Assembly: GCF_009914755.1 (NCBI RefSeq)
Contig: NC_060936.1
Direction: 5' to 3' (one strand)
From: the human T2T-CHM13v2.0 reference genome, Homo sapiens
Length of the DNA: 64,000 nt
Shown here: one piece after another, positions 26,626 to 41,342 of the stretch
Position numbering within the stretch: position 1 is the stretch's first letter
How the letters are laid out: the number at the start of each line of letters is the position of its first letter
Program-made: the position numbers and the translations under genes
Notes under the pieces: generated by a model
Databases searched by the model: none
Seen by the model: only the letters and a program-made list of their open reading frames with translations
What the model was told of the DNA's origin: nothing

Positions 26626-27936
26626 AGTGACATCTTTAGAATTCTATTTTCCTCTGAAATGAATACAGCAGAGGCTATCCATTAGGGACTCTTTGGCTAG
26701 AGGTGGGTGGACTGCAAGGTTTGATTCAGAATCCATATCATTGCTGCCTCTAATATTTTTAATTAGTGAGAAGAAAACCATTATATTATCAATAAACTAC
26801 TTGGCCAGCACATAGAAACATATTTTAACATGTAACCAACAGTTATACATTTACTGACATGAAGAATCACTTTTGTGTTTGCATCATCATTAAGTACGTG
26901 AGTTATGGGAGAACTCAAAGAGAATCTTTCCCTGTTTAGCAATGTTGCGCTACATGCCAGTACCCCAGAGGTCTCAGCAGAGGATCAGTATTGCCTTAAC
27001 TCTCAAAGTACTGACTTCAGCTGACATAGTCCACTGGGGATAGAATCAAAAATGAAGACGGCTTTACCAAGGGCCTCACCTGGGGCAACGACATTGAGAA
27101 AGTGATGATCCAGACCTGAGATCTCCTGGAAAGTTGAAGTTTAGTCTCAAGGAAGGTGAAGAAATAGGACTGGGGAGAAAAACTCCAAGGACTGGGAATG
27201 AGAGAGTTTCTCTAGGTTTATCAGAGAATAACAGAAAGGGGGACCTTGAGGAGTTGGAAGTTTCTCTGATGTTTCCTTGAAGTCCTGAACCAACTTTTTG
27301 GACAAATTCCAGTAATTTTTCCATTTGCCCATCTCTATGTTCATAGCTCTTGTCATTGAATCCATAGTACAAATTCACAGTTATTCAATATATCAAGCTT
27401 TAGGAAGATTAAAAGGGCTAACACAGTAGAAAATAGCCCGTTTTTCAAGTGAACTTGACCATAGCTATTCTGGACAAAAAAATATTTACATGTTACTTAC
27501 TCAGTTGACCACTTTCATGGATTCTGGTTTATGTAGGATAAAATATGGAAATAAAAATTTAGGACATTCTTTCAATCCATAGACAAAAACAATATACTCT
27601 CTGTCATACAGTAAATCCCATTTAAATTGTACTTCTCTTCTTCACTGGAAGTTTACAATGTGGTGATTGATATGTCTGATAGTAACCTCGGGATACAACC
27701 CAGACTTCTGAATTCTCAAACAAAGATGAAAATATGTCCAGTTTGAGTGTCAGGAATTATATACAGATTCTTTGAAAACTGACATTTTATGTTCCATATA
27801 TACATAGACGCCTCTGATTTAACTAGAATACTTGATTTACAGACTGCTCCATTCACTAAATAGTGTGTAAACTCTAGATTGCTATTAGGTTTTTAGAATT
27901 CCCTCTTTGTTTTATTTGCAGGATCCCATGGAGAGA

Positions 27937-28050
27937 GATATATATCTATATATCTATCTATCTAGATAGATAGAGAGATATCTATCTATCTATCTATCTA
28001 TCTAGATAGATAGATAGATAGATAGATAGATATATCTCCATATATATATA
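27937..28050. repeat. Palindromic (TATC)n/(GATA)n microsatellite occupying an L1 tail
   Basis: Perfect 50-bp palindrome at 27979-28028 and 22-bp palindrome at 27953-27974. Confidence 0.95.
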
Positions 28051-28416
28051 TTTTTAACTTTAAGTTATGGGATACACGTGCAGAACGAGCAGGTTTGTTA
28101 CGTAGGTATACATGTGCCATGGTGATTTGCTGCACCCATCAACCCATCATCTAGGTTTTAAGCCCCACATGCATTAGGTATTTGTCCCAATGCTCTTCCT
28201 CCCCTTGCCCCCCACCTGCCAGCAGGCCCCGGTGTGTGAGGTTCCCCTCCCTGTGTCCATGTGTTCTCATTGTTCAACTCCCACTTATGAGTGAGAACAT
28301 ACGGTGTTTGGTTTTCTGTTCCTGTGTTAGTTTGCTGAGAATGATGGCTTCCAGCTTCATCCATGTCCCTGCAAAGGACATGAACGCATTCTTTTTTATG
28401 GCTGCATTGTATTCCA
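28051..28416 (-). mobile_element. 5'-truncated L1PA (ORF2 C-terminus plus 3' UTR)
   Basis: Antisense L1PA 3' end (peptide ...GTWMKLEAIILSKLTQEQKTKHRMFSL); TSD CCCATGGAGAGA at 27925-27936 and 28417-28428. Confidence 0.92.
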
Positions 28417-28679
28417 CCCATGGAGAGATTTTCGTGAAAAACAGCATCGACTTGGCCCAGTTCAGAAATTCAGAACAAGCAGATGGCAAAATGGAGGGCT
28501 TGGTCCTGCCTCAGTTGCGTCCCCCGCTGTTTGTGTCAGTGACTGCAAAGCATGGCTGGCAACAGCACTAGCCAAAGGCTTGTCATCACATGGGTCGAAG
28601 TTACATCTGTAAAGTATTTAACATCTGATTTAAAGCAAGAGCATTCTGCAAGAAGTATATCATACTGCGAGTTTTGGTT

Positions 28680-29690
28680 TAAAACTCTCTTGGTACCAGT
28701 GCAGGCTCCATTAGTTATTAGCCTTGTAAACCTGAGAAAGTTGACCTCTCTGAGCTTCAGTTTGCTTATCTGTAAAAGGAGAATAGTACTTCAAAGGGCT
28801 GATGTAAAAATTAAATGACATAATGCAAGACAATCGATTGACATAGTAAACTCTTGGTAAGTCTTCACTATTATTATTAATAGTACACATGCATCCATTT
28901 GATGCTTATAAAGACTTGTGAGTAAACACCAGTAAGAATGGTTGTCTTGCTGGATAATTAGGTAGAGGAGAATTCTAATTTAAGTAGGTTCAATATATCA
29001 GCATTTTAATTTTCAAAACTGGAAAAAGCAATATGGGGTTGTCTTAACCCCTAAGAGATAGGTCAATTGCCAGGGATGAAAGGGGGGCACACCCACATGC
29101 CTTTTGATTCATATGACCGCCACCTGGACTGGGGCTTACAAGCTATGCATTGAGAAATTACTGAATTCCACTATGTGCTTTACCCTACTGTCTTGTTCAA
29201 TCCTTGAAGTAATCCTAGGAAGTGGATGCTGTTACAAACCATCTCCAGTCTACAGATGAGGAAACCGAGGCTGAGTAATTTGTCATTGCTACAGTCACAT
29301 GGCTAATAAGTGTCAGAGCTGACATTCAAATCTGCCTCAATCCACACTGTGAGCACGGGATCACCAAGCTATACTACCTTTGACAGTGTCTGGACCCCCC
29401 AACATTCCCTGGAGGTCTAAGGAGCAGGGTTATTCAGGTCTGTAACCATTCACTGTAATAGCACCTCCTGACTTTAGTTACGTAGGGTCGTCATATAATT
29501 TTAAGGAAAGTAATTATAATAGGCATTATATATGGGCTTGCTCTGTGCTAGATAGTACAAACAGAACCTTATAACATATATCTCCACAATGACCCACAAA
29601 GTAGATATTATTATTCCTTTACTACAGATGAGAAAAAAGGCCCAGGGAGGTTAAGTAATTTTCCCAAGGCTCAGAGCAAGTTGCAGGAAT
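28680..29690. mobile_element. Cluster of three MIR fragments
   Basis: MIR cores at about 28740-28780 (+), 29250-29270 (-) and 29620-29670 (-). Confidence 0.65.
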
Positions 29691-30594
29691 AGGAAATACT
29701 ACCTCTGAAGTGTTAATGTATGACAGTGGGAATCAGGCCCTCATCAAAGGGCTATTTTGGAAACTCGCAGTTGCTGGCAAGTGAGAGATGCTTCTGTACC
29801 TTCAAATCCCGTGAATTCAGCCATGGGAACTTAGGGAAACTAAAAGTTCTTCCAGTGGAGAGATTTGGGGATAGAGAGCTTGTGAAAACCAAAGCCACAA
29901 AGGATCTGAGTAATAGTGAAAACCAAAGTCACAGAGGACCTTGCTCCATTAGAAGAATTCAATAACAGTTGTGTAACAAGTTGTTTACAATAAAAATATG
30001 CTCACATTTATGGATTTTTCCCCTCACATTTGATGAAATATTCAAGACATTTTCTCAGAAAGGCATGAGTAACACCTAGAAAGAAAAGAAAAACATGACA
30101 TTTTTAGGTTAGATTGCAGCTTGTCACCATAGATTTTTAAAAAAAATCCTTTTAAAGCTTGCCAATTGACATAGGAAATTACGACTAAAAATAAAAGTGA
30201 GGTTGAAAAGGACAGAATGCAAAAGCCGCTAACCAAAACTATTCAGCTCGCTTCCCACACATTCTCTATGGGTAGTTCAGTCAACAGCATTTTAACTTTT
30301 TTTTAAAACTGCTTTAAAAAACTCTACAAAACAGACCATATTAATGATTAATTTTAATTTTCATTGCAGAAAATACATTAATGGTTGAGGCTTAAGTTGA
30401 CTTAAAAAAAACTTCCAAAAATGATGATCAGTAACAAGGGGATGTCAATGATAGACCAGCCTTTGGCATCTGCCTCCCTTTTGAGATCTGAAATGGCCCA
30501 GGTGAAAACTGCTAATGTGCAGGACAATAGACATTCTGGAGATAAACAGTCTTGTTTTGTAGCTCTTCTTTTTAGTTGTAAGATGCAGAATCAG

Positions 30595-30924
30595 GGCCAG
30601 GCACGGTGGCTCATGCCTGTAATCCCAGCACTTTGGGAGGCTGAGGCGGGCGGATCACGAGGTCAGGAGATCGAGACCATCCTGGCTAACACGGTGAAAC
30701 CCCGTCTCTACTAAAAAATACAAAAAAACAATTAGCCGGTCGTGGTGGCAGTCACCTGTAGTCCCAGCTACTCAGGAGGCTGAGGCAGGAGAATGGTGTG
30801 AACCCAGGAGGCGGAGCTTGCAGTGAGCCGAGATTGTGCCACTTCACTCCAGCTGGGGCGACAGAGCGAGACTCCGTCTCAAAAAAAAAAAACCCCAAAA
30901 AACAAAAAAACAAAACAAAACAAA
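30595..30924 (+). mobile_element. Alu SINE (AluY)
   Basis: GAGATCGAGACCATCCTGGCTAACACGGTG and GGCGGAGCTTGCAG diagnostics; TSD AAGATGCAGAATCA. Confidence 0.95.
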
Positions 30925-33025
30925 AAGATGCAGAATCAATCTCCTGTGAATTGGGACAGGTAGAGAAGCCTCTTGCATTTCAGTGCTTGCTCTTCTTGTA
31001 TCTCTGCTTTAACTCTAATGTTCTCTAGTTTTTCCAAAATCATGTGCTTTATGTTTGCACGTATGGGGAAAGAAAACAAAACAAACAAACACAAAAACCA
31101 GGGCAAGTGGAAGGCAAGCTCAAGGCAGTCTTTTGAACCAGAAATTTGTGCTCTAACCAAAAAAGGATGTCTAGGGGTTAACATTACTATTATGTAACTA
31201 TGTCATAACAATTAGTAGCCATAATTTTTTGAGCGTTTAGTATTTGCCAGGTATTGCCCTAAATCCTTTAATTTATTATCTAATTTCTCATCTGATGGAT
31301 GAGGAACTAGAAGCTCAGAGAGGTTAAATGACGCTTCCAGGGTCATGGAGCTGGTGGGGGCTGTGATCTGATGTTGGGCCTGACTGTGTTGTAAAATCTA
31401 AGAATCCAAGCTCAGGGATCAGGCGACTTGGATTTACCACTTACAATTGTGTCATCTGGGAAAAGTTACATGAACTCTTTGTGCATCTGCTTCCTCAACT
31501 GTAAAATGATGGTGACAATAGTGCCCACCTACTTCAAGTTTAGTTACTCAATAAATGTCAGTTATAGCCAGCATTCTAAAGCTCATGTTCTTGATCAGTT
31601 CACCCTGCACCAAACTGAAGCAAGAGTCTGTGTTGATAGTGCAAAAGGTGAATTCTGTCTGAAATTCAGACTCCTTACTTCTAGCAGGTTGCTATCCTGC
31701 CCTCCAAATTTGCGTCTTTTTTTTCAATATATACTTAATGTCTGAGTGAGCACATCCTTATAGAACATCAAGAGTTATTATAGAATGAGGTTCCAACCAG
31801 CAAAGACTATGCTGGACAAATTCAAACTGGATTTTACTTTTTTCTTTTACATAAAAAAAAGTCAAGTCTTGGGTTTTAATTACATTTTGGTTTTAAAAAT
31901 GGAATAAACTATCACAAAATTTTCCCCCAAGAAATTGTTTTCTAAGTACATAAGTGATACGTTAATACAACCTGTGGTAAAAAAAAAAAAAATCATTAAA
32001 CACAGGAGTGTACACAATACGAAGTGCAAGTTCCTCTTTAATCCATTCCAACTCGACCTCCTGCCCACTCCAGAGGCAACCATTGATAGTAGCTTTTTTT
32101 GTATCATTGCAGATTGTTTTCTGGGCATTAAGATGTAGGTAAATATGCTCCTGTGGCTATTTTCAACCACAAATGGGATAAGACTTGACATAATTTATTA
32201 TTTTTTTAAATGACTGCTCTGCCGGATGAAATTCAAACTCATCATTGTAGTAATGAAGACCCTTTATTATATTTGATTAATAATAATAATAATAGTATTA
32301 TTATTATTGCCCTCCTCTCCCCCATCATTCCTGCTCCCTGACTAATGCACTCTCTTTAGGAAAATCCCCCTGCTATCTCCTGAGTGAGACCTGGCCACCA
32401 CCACCTTTATAGATTTGCTATTATGGCTTCCTATGCGGGAATATGCATCCCTGCTTTCTCCACCTTTGGCCCATTAGCCCATTCTTTAGGGGCCAGCCAG
32501 GTCCTCTTTTCTCAGGAGGCCTCTTAGACTCCTCTTATCTCCCAAGATTACCCAGCACTGACGGTCTTTCCCTTGAGCCGTGTACATTGTTGTATTCTAT
32601 TTAACAGGTCAAGGCCTGAGGAAGCGCATTGCTACTTCTGCATATGTTGTCTCCTCAATAGAATTTTATGTTCCTTTAGTTTCAAACTGTATCTTATGCC
32701 ATCTTCTGTTCTTCCTATGGTCTTTGGCATAGATAATAGCCATTAAGACATACTTGAACTAAATTGTTTTAAAGTAGGGCAGACCAAAGAAGGTCTTTGA
32801 ATGTTATGCTGGTGGTTTAAGATGATTAATAATTTTGCTGTAAGCAGCTTTTAGTGTATTCATTTTAGAAAACATTGAATAAGAGGTGCTATCCTTAGTC
32901 CATATTCCTAGGATGTTCTACATTGCCTGGGGGTGGGTGGTCCTTGCAACATAAAGGAATGTTGAGAACTAAATTAATACTTTTAATATTTCCCACTATA
33001 TGGCAAGTATTTTTTATTTCTACAT

Positions 33026-33377
<352 letters not shown>

Positions 33378-36300
33378 TAAAATAAAAGTCAATTAGGTGG
33401 TTATGGCAAAGGAATTGTGTAATCAGTTATAAAATTACCATTTGTGACTGAGAAGAAAAATTCATCAATTTCAGCTACCTTACAAATACAAACAGGGTCT
33501 TAAAACATAATATCCAGTGAAGCTTAGCTGGGACAAAGCTGAAGCAATGTAACCGTGGAAAACAAGTGAATTACTAGAAATTATTTATAATTTTTATTTC
33601 TATTAAAGTATTTTTAGTAACTAAATCCAGATTAATTGACCAATTTTGGCAAATTACTGGTGTTACTGAAAATTCAAATTTATTGGAACCGTAAGTGTTA
33701 AACTTAAGTGACTATGTTTGACTTAATAGATTTACTAAGGTAAACCTTCAAGAAACTGTGCTACAGAGTTAGTTATTTTAGTAATCCTTTAAATTCTGTT
33801 ACAGTAATCTTGTTGAGGGTGGAGCTAGATTCTTTGGACTGGAATTTAGGTGTTTAATAAGTGGGTGGTAAACTGAGCTTTGGAACTCTTTTCTTTATGG
33901 CAAAAATTTGAATCCATGTGATTTTTAAATCTTTTCTTCCTAAAAGACCTAAAGCATTTTTTCTCTTTGTTTTTTTTGAAATTCAGTACATATAATTTTT
34001 TCAGTAAATGTTCTTGCCTGTATTTTTCAATAATTAGAGGCTTCTGCATTAATTTCTCACATTTAGAGACTTCTGCATTAATTCCTTATATGTGAAGCAT
34101 TCTTTGTAAACTGGTATTCCATTATAGAAATAAATTAGTTACTGATGGATAGAACCTTCATAACCAGAATGCTGTAGAAACACATCATCAATTTTTTCTC
34201 CTTAGCACATTTAAAAAGCATTAAAATAAATGGCAAAGAACTTTCTAAATGTTTATGACTTCGGTTTATGCATGTGGGCTAATGGAATTAAAGGCTAATC
34301 CATCAGTTAGCTCTTGCTGCATTTAATTAGCCTGGATCACTTCATCCTACACTGGAAATAACTTCTCTCTTTTCTCTTTTCCTTAGGACAAACAAGGTAA
34401 AATTAACAGTAGCAGGAAATAGTTCCCTTAAATTTAGGGTTAATGTAAATAGAGAGAAAAATAAGCTTACTGCAGAGAACAAATAAGGAGCACCTACAGC
34501 CAGCAGCCGCTCTTGAACCTCTAAATAGGTTATTTCAATTTGAGATTTTGTCTTCTTCCTTGTATCATTGCTACCTTATTTCATCTGTGATATTACATCA
34601 GTTGTGTCCTGAGATGGGCCACTGATATGGAGAGAAGTGTGCAGTATTTAGACAGCAAGACTCATGGATTCATGTTCTTATTTATAGAGAACAATTTTGT
34701 ATTCTTATTTCTAAAATTAGGCAGCATCTTATATTTTTAAAATGCTCTGCAATCAGTATTAGTTGTTCATGTTACAAATTTGACAACCAAAATGTTGCAC
34801 TTGGTTCTAGACTATGTAGAGTAACAGCGCCGTTTTTAACAGGAGAAACCCCACGATTGTGATGTCTGATGGAAAACATATGTTCATTAACTGCTACATC
34901 AAATTACATAATAAAAGTGACTTCTATCTTGGGCAATAAAGGAGGCAGCTGACTATATCTTTTTTTTTTTTTCCATCCAGGCTTGCTTTCTGGCATTCTG
35001 CTCCAGAAAAGAACTGGGAATTGATTGGAAGCAGTTTGGTGGTATAGACATCTGGGTTCTAGTGTCAAGTTAGCAATTAGAGAATTGTGTCAATTTAAGA
35101 AAGTAATTTAACCTCTGTTGGATTCATTTTTCTCAACTCAAATAAAGTGAGAGGTTCTTTCCAGATTAGCAGCTTTCAAACTGTCCTGAGTAAAGATTTC
35201 GCAGTTCTGAATTCTATGGGTTGTTCTGGAAGCTCTTGTGCTGGGGGCCAGGGCAAGAGCAAGGATGGGAGGAGGCCCTGAAGAAGTGGGTCTTCAAGAC
35301 CTCCCAGTGAGTGGGAAACTCTGCTATTAATTTTATTTACTGGGCCTCTCTTTTGGGGAGTTGGGGAAAGTTTCTTCTTTTAAAAAGAGGTTGGAAAAAC
35401 TCCATCCAAGACAATGTCTAGGTTTCCCTCCAGTGTTTTAATTTTATAATTTGAATTATAAACTGGCAACATGAATTAAAAATGAGTATAATTTAAAAAA
35501 TAAATGCCTTTAGAAGAACATAGTAATTCCTGTCCATTTGTGCCTTGGGGTTTTATATATGCCCATGATGAATGATGCATACTGCACACAGTGGGAGGGC
35601 AATGTCATAGTTAAATGACATTCTTTTGGCTAATTGCTGTCTATGATATATATCTCTGTGAATCTGATGAAGCCAAACAGGCTACACTTGAAGTGACTTG
35701 TATTGAATTTGGTGCATATAAACAGTTTTTTCAGTTAACATGGTCCTATCTTAAATCAATTTCATTTTAATTGGGACCATTTTGTTTTGATGAACTCAAT
35801 TACCAATACATAGTGTTTTCTTAGCCTGATTTGTTAAGTTTTAAATTTCCTTACAGATATTTGCAGACAAAAATATTAAAAAGAAAGCACCAAAGTTTAT
35901 AGAAATGATGACAGTGAAGGAAAAGAAGAAAAATAAAAATTTAGCAAAAGGAAATTTAAAATATACCCAGAATACACAGAACTGTGTGGCACTTAATTCA
36001 TTGTGTGCTTAAAGACTACCTGAGATTGGTGCCATTTGCAGAAGACACTTTGAGACTCTTCTCTGGTTTGGAAAACTGATGCTGTGACCTAGATATGGAG
36101 TAGAGAGACAATTAAGGAGGGGGCGAGGGAGAGAGGAGTCCTATTTCATTTCCTTGTGGTTTCAGATCTTGCATCTGCCACCTGCCTGCAGGGTTCCCGG
36201 GGTCTCAAGCCTGCTTGAACTTATCTGTCTTAGTTTGCATGGGAGGTGAGAAGGCAACCTGTGTGTTTTTATCATTACACTGTCCCCTGTGCTTTCACTT

Positions 36301-37256
36301 GCTTCCATGCAAACTTGTCCTTTAAATCTATTAATACTTTGCCCTCAAGAAATCTGCCCCCAGTTGGAGGAGGGACTTTGAGGTCAGGATTTTCTGTGCT
36401 TGAGTTTAGGAGGGTCTCAGCAGCCAATAGTCAGGAAATGCCACTGCAGCCAAACAGAGACAATAAATCTCCAAGCCACCCAGTGTAATGCAATCTCCCA
36501 CCACACGGGAAAAGGTCAGGTTTGAACAGTAAATAAATTCCTGTCACACAGCAGCATGTCTGTTCAGGTTAGATAGTAAATCTTCATGAAGAGAAGTAAC
36601 CACATACCACAATTCTATTTCTATGATCCTGGACTTCATTAGTTAATTTTTACACAGCTGGTCTTCTCTTCTGTGAGGCTTAGGCCTTACCGTTCTCACA
36701 TGTAAAGACCTCCCAGGACACAGAGGCTGGATGAAGTGGGCTGGGTGGGCCTCCGGAGGATTCTGAATTCTGTTTATAGAGTATAAGCTCAAATACCCTT
36801 GAAAGGAAGAAAATTTTGATTTACAGTCTGTCCATATTTAATGGAAGACAGGAGATCATTGATGTTTCCTTTGGTATATAAAATTCCTTACAAATTTTTG
36901 TAAAAAACCTTTTAGAATGCTGTAAATGGAAAAATCTCCAGCATGTTACAATATATTACACTCAATTTCCTTTACCTTAACAGTCTAGAGGTTAGCAGCT
37001 GGAGTCAAACAGCTGAAGTCTCAATTCTGATTCTTTAGCCAGCCATTCGGCATTTGTTAAGCTATCATGCTGTAAAGATACAAAGATGAATCAAGTTGGC
37101 TGCCTCAGAGAACTCACAGCCTGGCTGAAAAGAAAGACACAGAAAAAATCATTAAAATGTAAATCCTAAGTGCTATAACCAAGCTTTTCCCAAAGGGCAA
37201 TAGGAACATAGGGGAAGAAGCCACCAATTTCCTGGAAAATTTGAAAAGGCTTCACT

Positions 37257-38045
<789 letters not shown>

Positions 38046-39064
38046 GGATGTATATTCCAGATAGAGGAAAGGCTGTATACAGAGGCCTAGAGATGTAAAG
38101 GAGCAGGACATGTATTAGTAAGTGTGAGGATTTCAATATGGTGTGAACTTACGGTATATGCTGGGAAGTGGTAGAAGACGCAACTTGAAAGATCAGAATG
38201 GTTCAGGTTAAGTCCAAAGGCATTCATGCCAAAGACAAAGTTCTAGCAGATTTCTTCTTGTCCCTGATGGCCAAGTGTAAGGCAAGATCAGGCCTCTTTC
38301 TATCCCTAAGATATACCCTTCTCTCTGCAAACTGGAGCATATCTTGGCATAGCCAGATGAACTGTAGTACTTCATTGAAGTTTCCTTGCTTTGAACTCTG
38401 ATCATAAAAAATTTCTTAAATGGCAGTGCTTTTTAGAGGACGCCCTTGTCTTTGACTTTCTTCACCATTTCCATTTGACAGATGTGTCAAGAATGACAGT
38501 TTTCAGAATATAAGACCATATCCTTGAGATGATCCAAGAGCTACTGGAATAATTTTTGTGTCATATTTTGGCAACATTATTTTGTGTTTGTGTTTTCATT
38601 GGGGCAATTCATTTTCAAAATCTAGACTGAATTTTTTTAAAATTTTATTTCTCAACACCAGGCATTTGTTTTATAGCTCCCATAAATCAGTGCAAAGAGA
38701 AGGTCACAAGGGAGTAAGCTTTCTGAGATATGTCAACGGAGTATTGCTTCACCAGAATTTGAGTTCTCACCACTAGCAAGCAAGATCTTACCAATTCATG
38801 GGTTGCACACTGAAACATGAGTTCAGGCCAATTACATCCACCTGCTTGTTCAGGGATTAAAATGTTTGCACTGTATCATGAGAATTTCTAAAATTAGTGC
38901 TGAAAGGACACTTGTACACACAAGAAGAGCCTTTTCTTTTCTTTTTTTCTTGTACAGGAATTCTGTTGGATGTAAAATGGATTTCCAACAGGATGGAAGA
39001 TGCTGAAATGCATTTCTGAGGATCCCCACCACGCCCCTTCCCCTTGGATATTTTGATCTGAATG

Positions 39065-39440
39065 CAGGGATTCATTCATTTAATCTACCAACAGACATAG
39101 GCTGAATTCCTCCTGTGTCATAAGATTGGGGATATAGTGTGAATAAGACAGATAGGTCCCAGACCCCATGGAACTGCAGCCTAATTTTATTTAAGTAAAT
39201 ACACGAGACAATTAGAGGTTGCAGATTGTAGGCAGTACAATCTTCAGGTGAAGTGAGAGATGATAACTCAGTTGTTGGTGGTCAAGGAAGGTTTCTGAGG
39301 AAGTTACATATAAGTTGAGGCCTGAGGAATGAGGCATGAGAAGAGACAGGAAAGAGCATTTCAGACAGAGTAGGCAGAATGTGCAAAGGCCCTGAGGCAG
39401 GAAAGGGCTTGGACTTTTTGAGGAACAGAAAGGAGAGGAA
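39065..39440 (-). mobile_element. L2 LINE 3' fragment
   Basis: ATTCATTCATT...GTGAATAAGACAGA...TGTGCAAAGGCCCTGAGGCAGGAA motifs. Confidence 0.75.
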
Positions 39441-39747
39441 TGCAGATAGAATGGCTTTGTATCAGAGTATCAGAAAGGGAGGTCTAGTATGGCAAGTTCC
39501 TGTCTTAAACATCTAGCCATTAGTCAGGTTGGACTTGCTCTAGATGATGGAGGCATCAGCTTTGAGCTGACTTCCACCTGTTGGCCCGTGAAACTTGGCT
39601 AATCCTCGCAAATAGAAATGGGTGCTCACTATTCTAGATGCCCTTGGTACGTTGCAGCTTTATGTGGCCCTTATTCCAAGTTGCCTAGTGTGACAGCTAT
39701 ACTGGAGGTGGAGTTATTATGACATGAGTATCAACAGTTTTACTACC

Positions 39748-40048
39748 GGCTGGGTGCAGTGGCTCACGCCTGTAATCCCAGCATTTTGGGAGGCTGAGGC
39801 GGGTTGATCACTTGAGGTTGGGAGTTTGAGACGTGCCTGGCTGACATGGCGAAACCCTGTCTTTATGAAAAATATAAAAATTAGCTGGGCATGGTGGCGC
39901 ATGCCTGTAATCCCAGCTCCTTGGGAGACTGAGGCACAAGAATCACTTGAGCCCTGGAGGCAGAGGTTGTAGTGAGCTGAGGTCATGCCACTGTACTGCA
40001 GCCTGGGTCACAGAGCGAGACTGTCTCAAAAAAAAAAAAAAAAAAAAA
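39748..40048 (+). mobile_element. Alu SINE
   Basis: Full-length Alu with a poly-A tail. Confidence 0.95.
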
Positions 40049-41109
40049 GGCTTTACTGCCTTTCCTTGGCCCCCTAATAAAGCAGGGGGCACTTGATTGG
40101 GGAACAGCCTCCAGGCCTGGACTTATAATGACCAGAATAATAGAGCTACAGAGGCTCAACAAAACCTCGAATGGCTAGAAAGGGACTAGAGCTATGCTTA
40201 AAATAACACATTTACTTGGGATGTTAGACTAAGAAAGGGAGTTGGGCGAGAGAAAGAAAATTCAAAATCCTTGCTGGCACTGGGATGGGAGGAAAAGAGA
40301 TTTGATGGAAGCAGAAGTTCTGAAAAGTGGGACTATGAAGAAAAGATCTTTAGGACAACTACTGTGGGTTGTACAATGTAATGTCTGTTAAGTGCTTCTT
40401 TGAGAGATTTCAGTACATTTATAAATTCCTTTTCAGTATTTAAACACTTGCTTCAATATCATCTGGTGTGAGTATAAGTGCACCATATTTCTGATACATG
40501 AGGTGGTTCTAGATTTGTTGTATCACTGAGCTTTTCTCTTTTTCTTTTACCTATGCCACTGCTAATGCATATTTCTGGAGGAAAGGAAATGTAAAGAATA
40601 CTTTGCCTATAGTGGATAGTAATAAAGATTTGAACTAATAATGAATGAGCATGCATATACGTTAGTTGATAAAAGAAAATATTGTTCCTTTCTTCAAAAA
40701 AAGATGTTGTTTTGGAATATGCCCAGAAATCAGGATCTAAGTAATGCCAGAAAGAAAAAAAATATGTAAAAGGATTTTTCTGGGAGAAGCAAGTGAATTA
40801 TATCAGTTGCCAAACTACACTCTAGGTGAGCAAGAGTTAAGATGAGAGAGCTGTAAACAGGCAACATTTTTAAGCACAACACTGAATCATTCCAAATAAT
40901 CTAGCAACATCTTAAACAGCTCTAAAAGGACAGCAGATATTCTAATGTATTATCAAAACGAAATTGGATGTTTTTGAACAAAGCAACAAATGGCTGTGTA
41001 AAGCAGTCTAAAGCACAGTCAAGACAAATTGGCTAATGTAAACTTCAGCAGTGACCAAAACCTGTTTTTATAAAGACTCAACACATTGATAAAAAGCAAT
41101 TTTCTGGGG

Positions 41110-41236
41110 AGCTGGGTGTGATGGCATATGCTTGTAGTCCCAGGTATTCAGGAGGCTGAGGCAGGAGGATCTCTTAAGCCCAGAGTTTGAATCTAGCCTG
41201 GGCAACACAGTGAGATCCCCATCCCTGAAAAAAAAC
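41110..41236 (+). mobile_element. Monomeric Alu (FLAM-like)
   Basis: Single 7SL-derived arm of about 125 bp ending in an A tract. Confidence 0.8.
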
Positions 41237-41342
41237 TTTAAATAATTTGTTTAAATTTGTAAAGAGCCCATAGTGGCAAAATTTTATTTCACACTTGCTG
41301 AGAGCAAACAGATCTTGCAGGACAATCCAAAGATTTACTATT

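Noticed and set aside
29112-29133. CTCF-like CCAGGTGGCGG on the minus strand
   Set aside because: The first three core positions mismatch the consensus.
35565-35670. ATGATGA...CTGA, a possible box C/D snoRNA
   Set aside because: No terminal stem and no recognisable rRNA or snRNA guide.
35858-36012. Lys-rich frame after TTTCCTTACAG
   Set aside because: A-rich low-complexity sequence with no donor and no recognisable homology.
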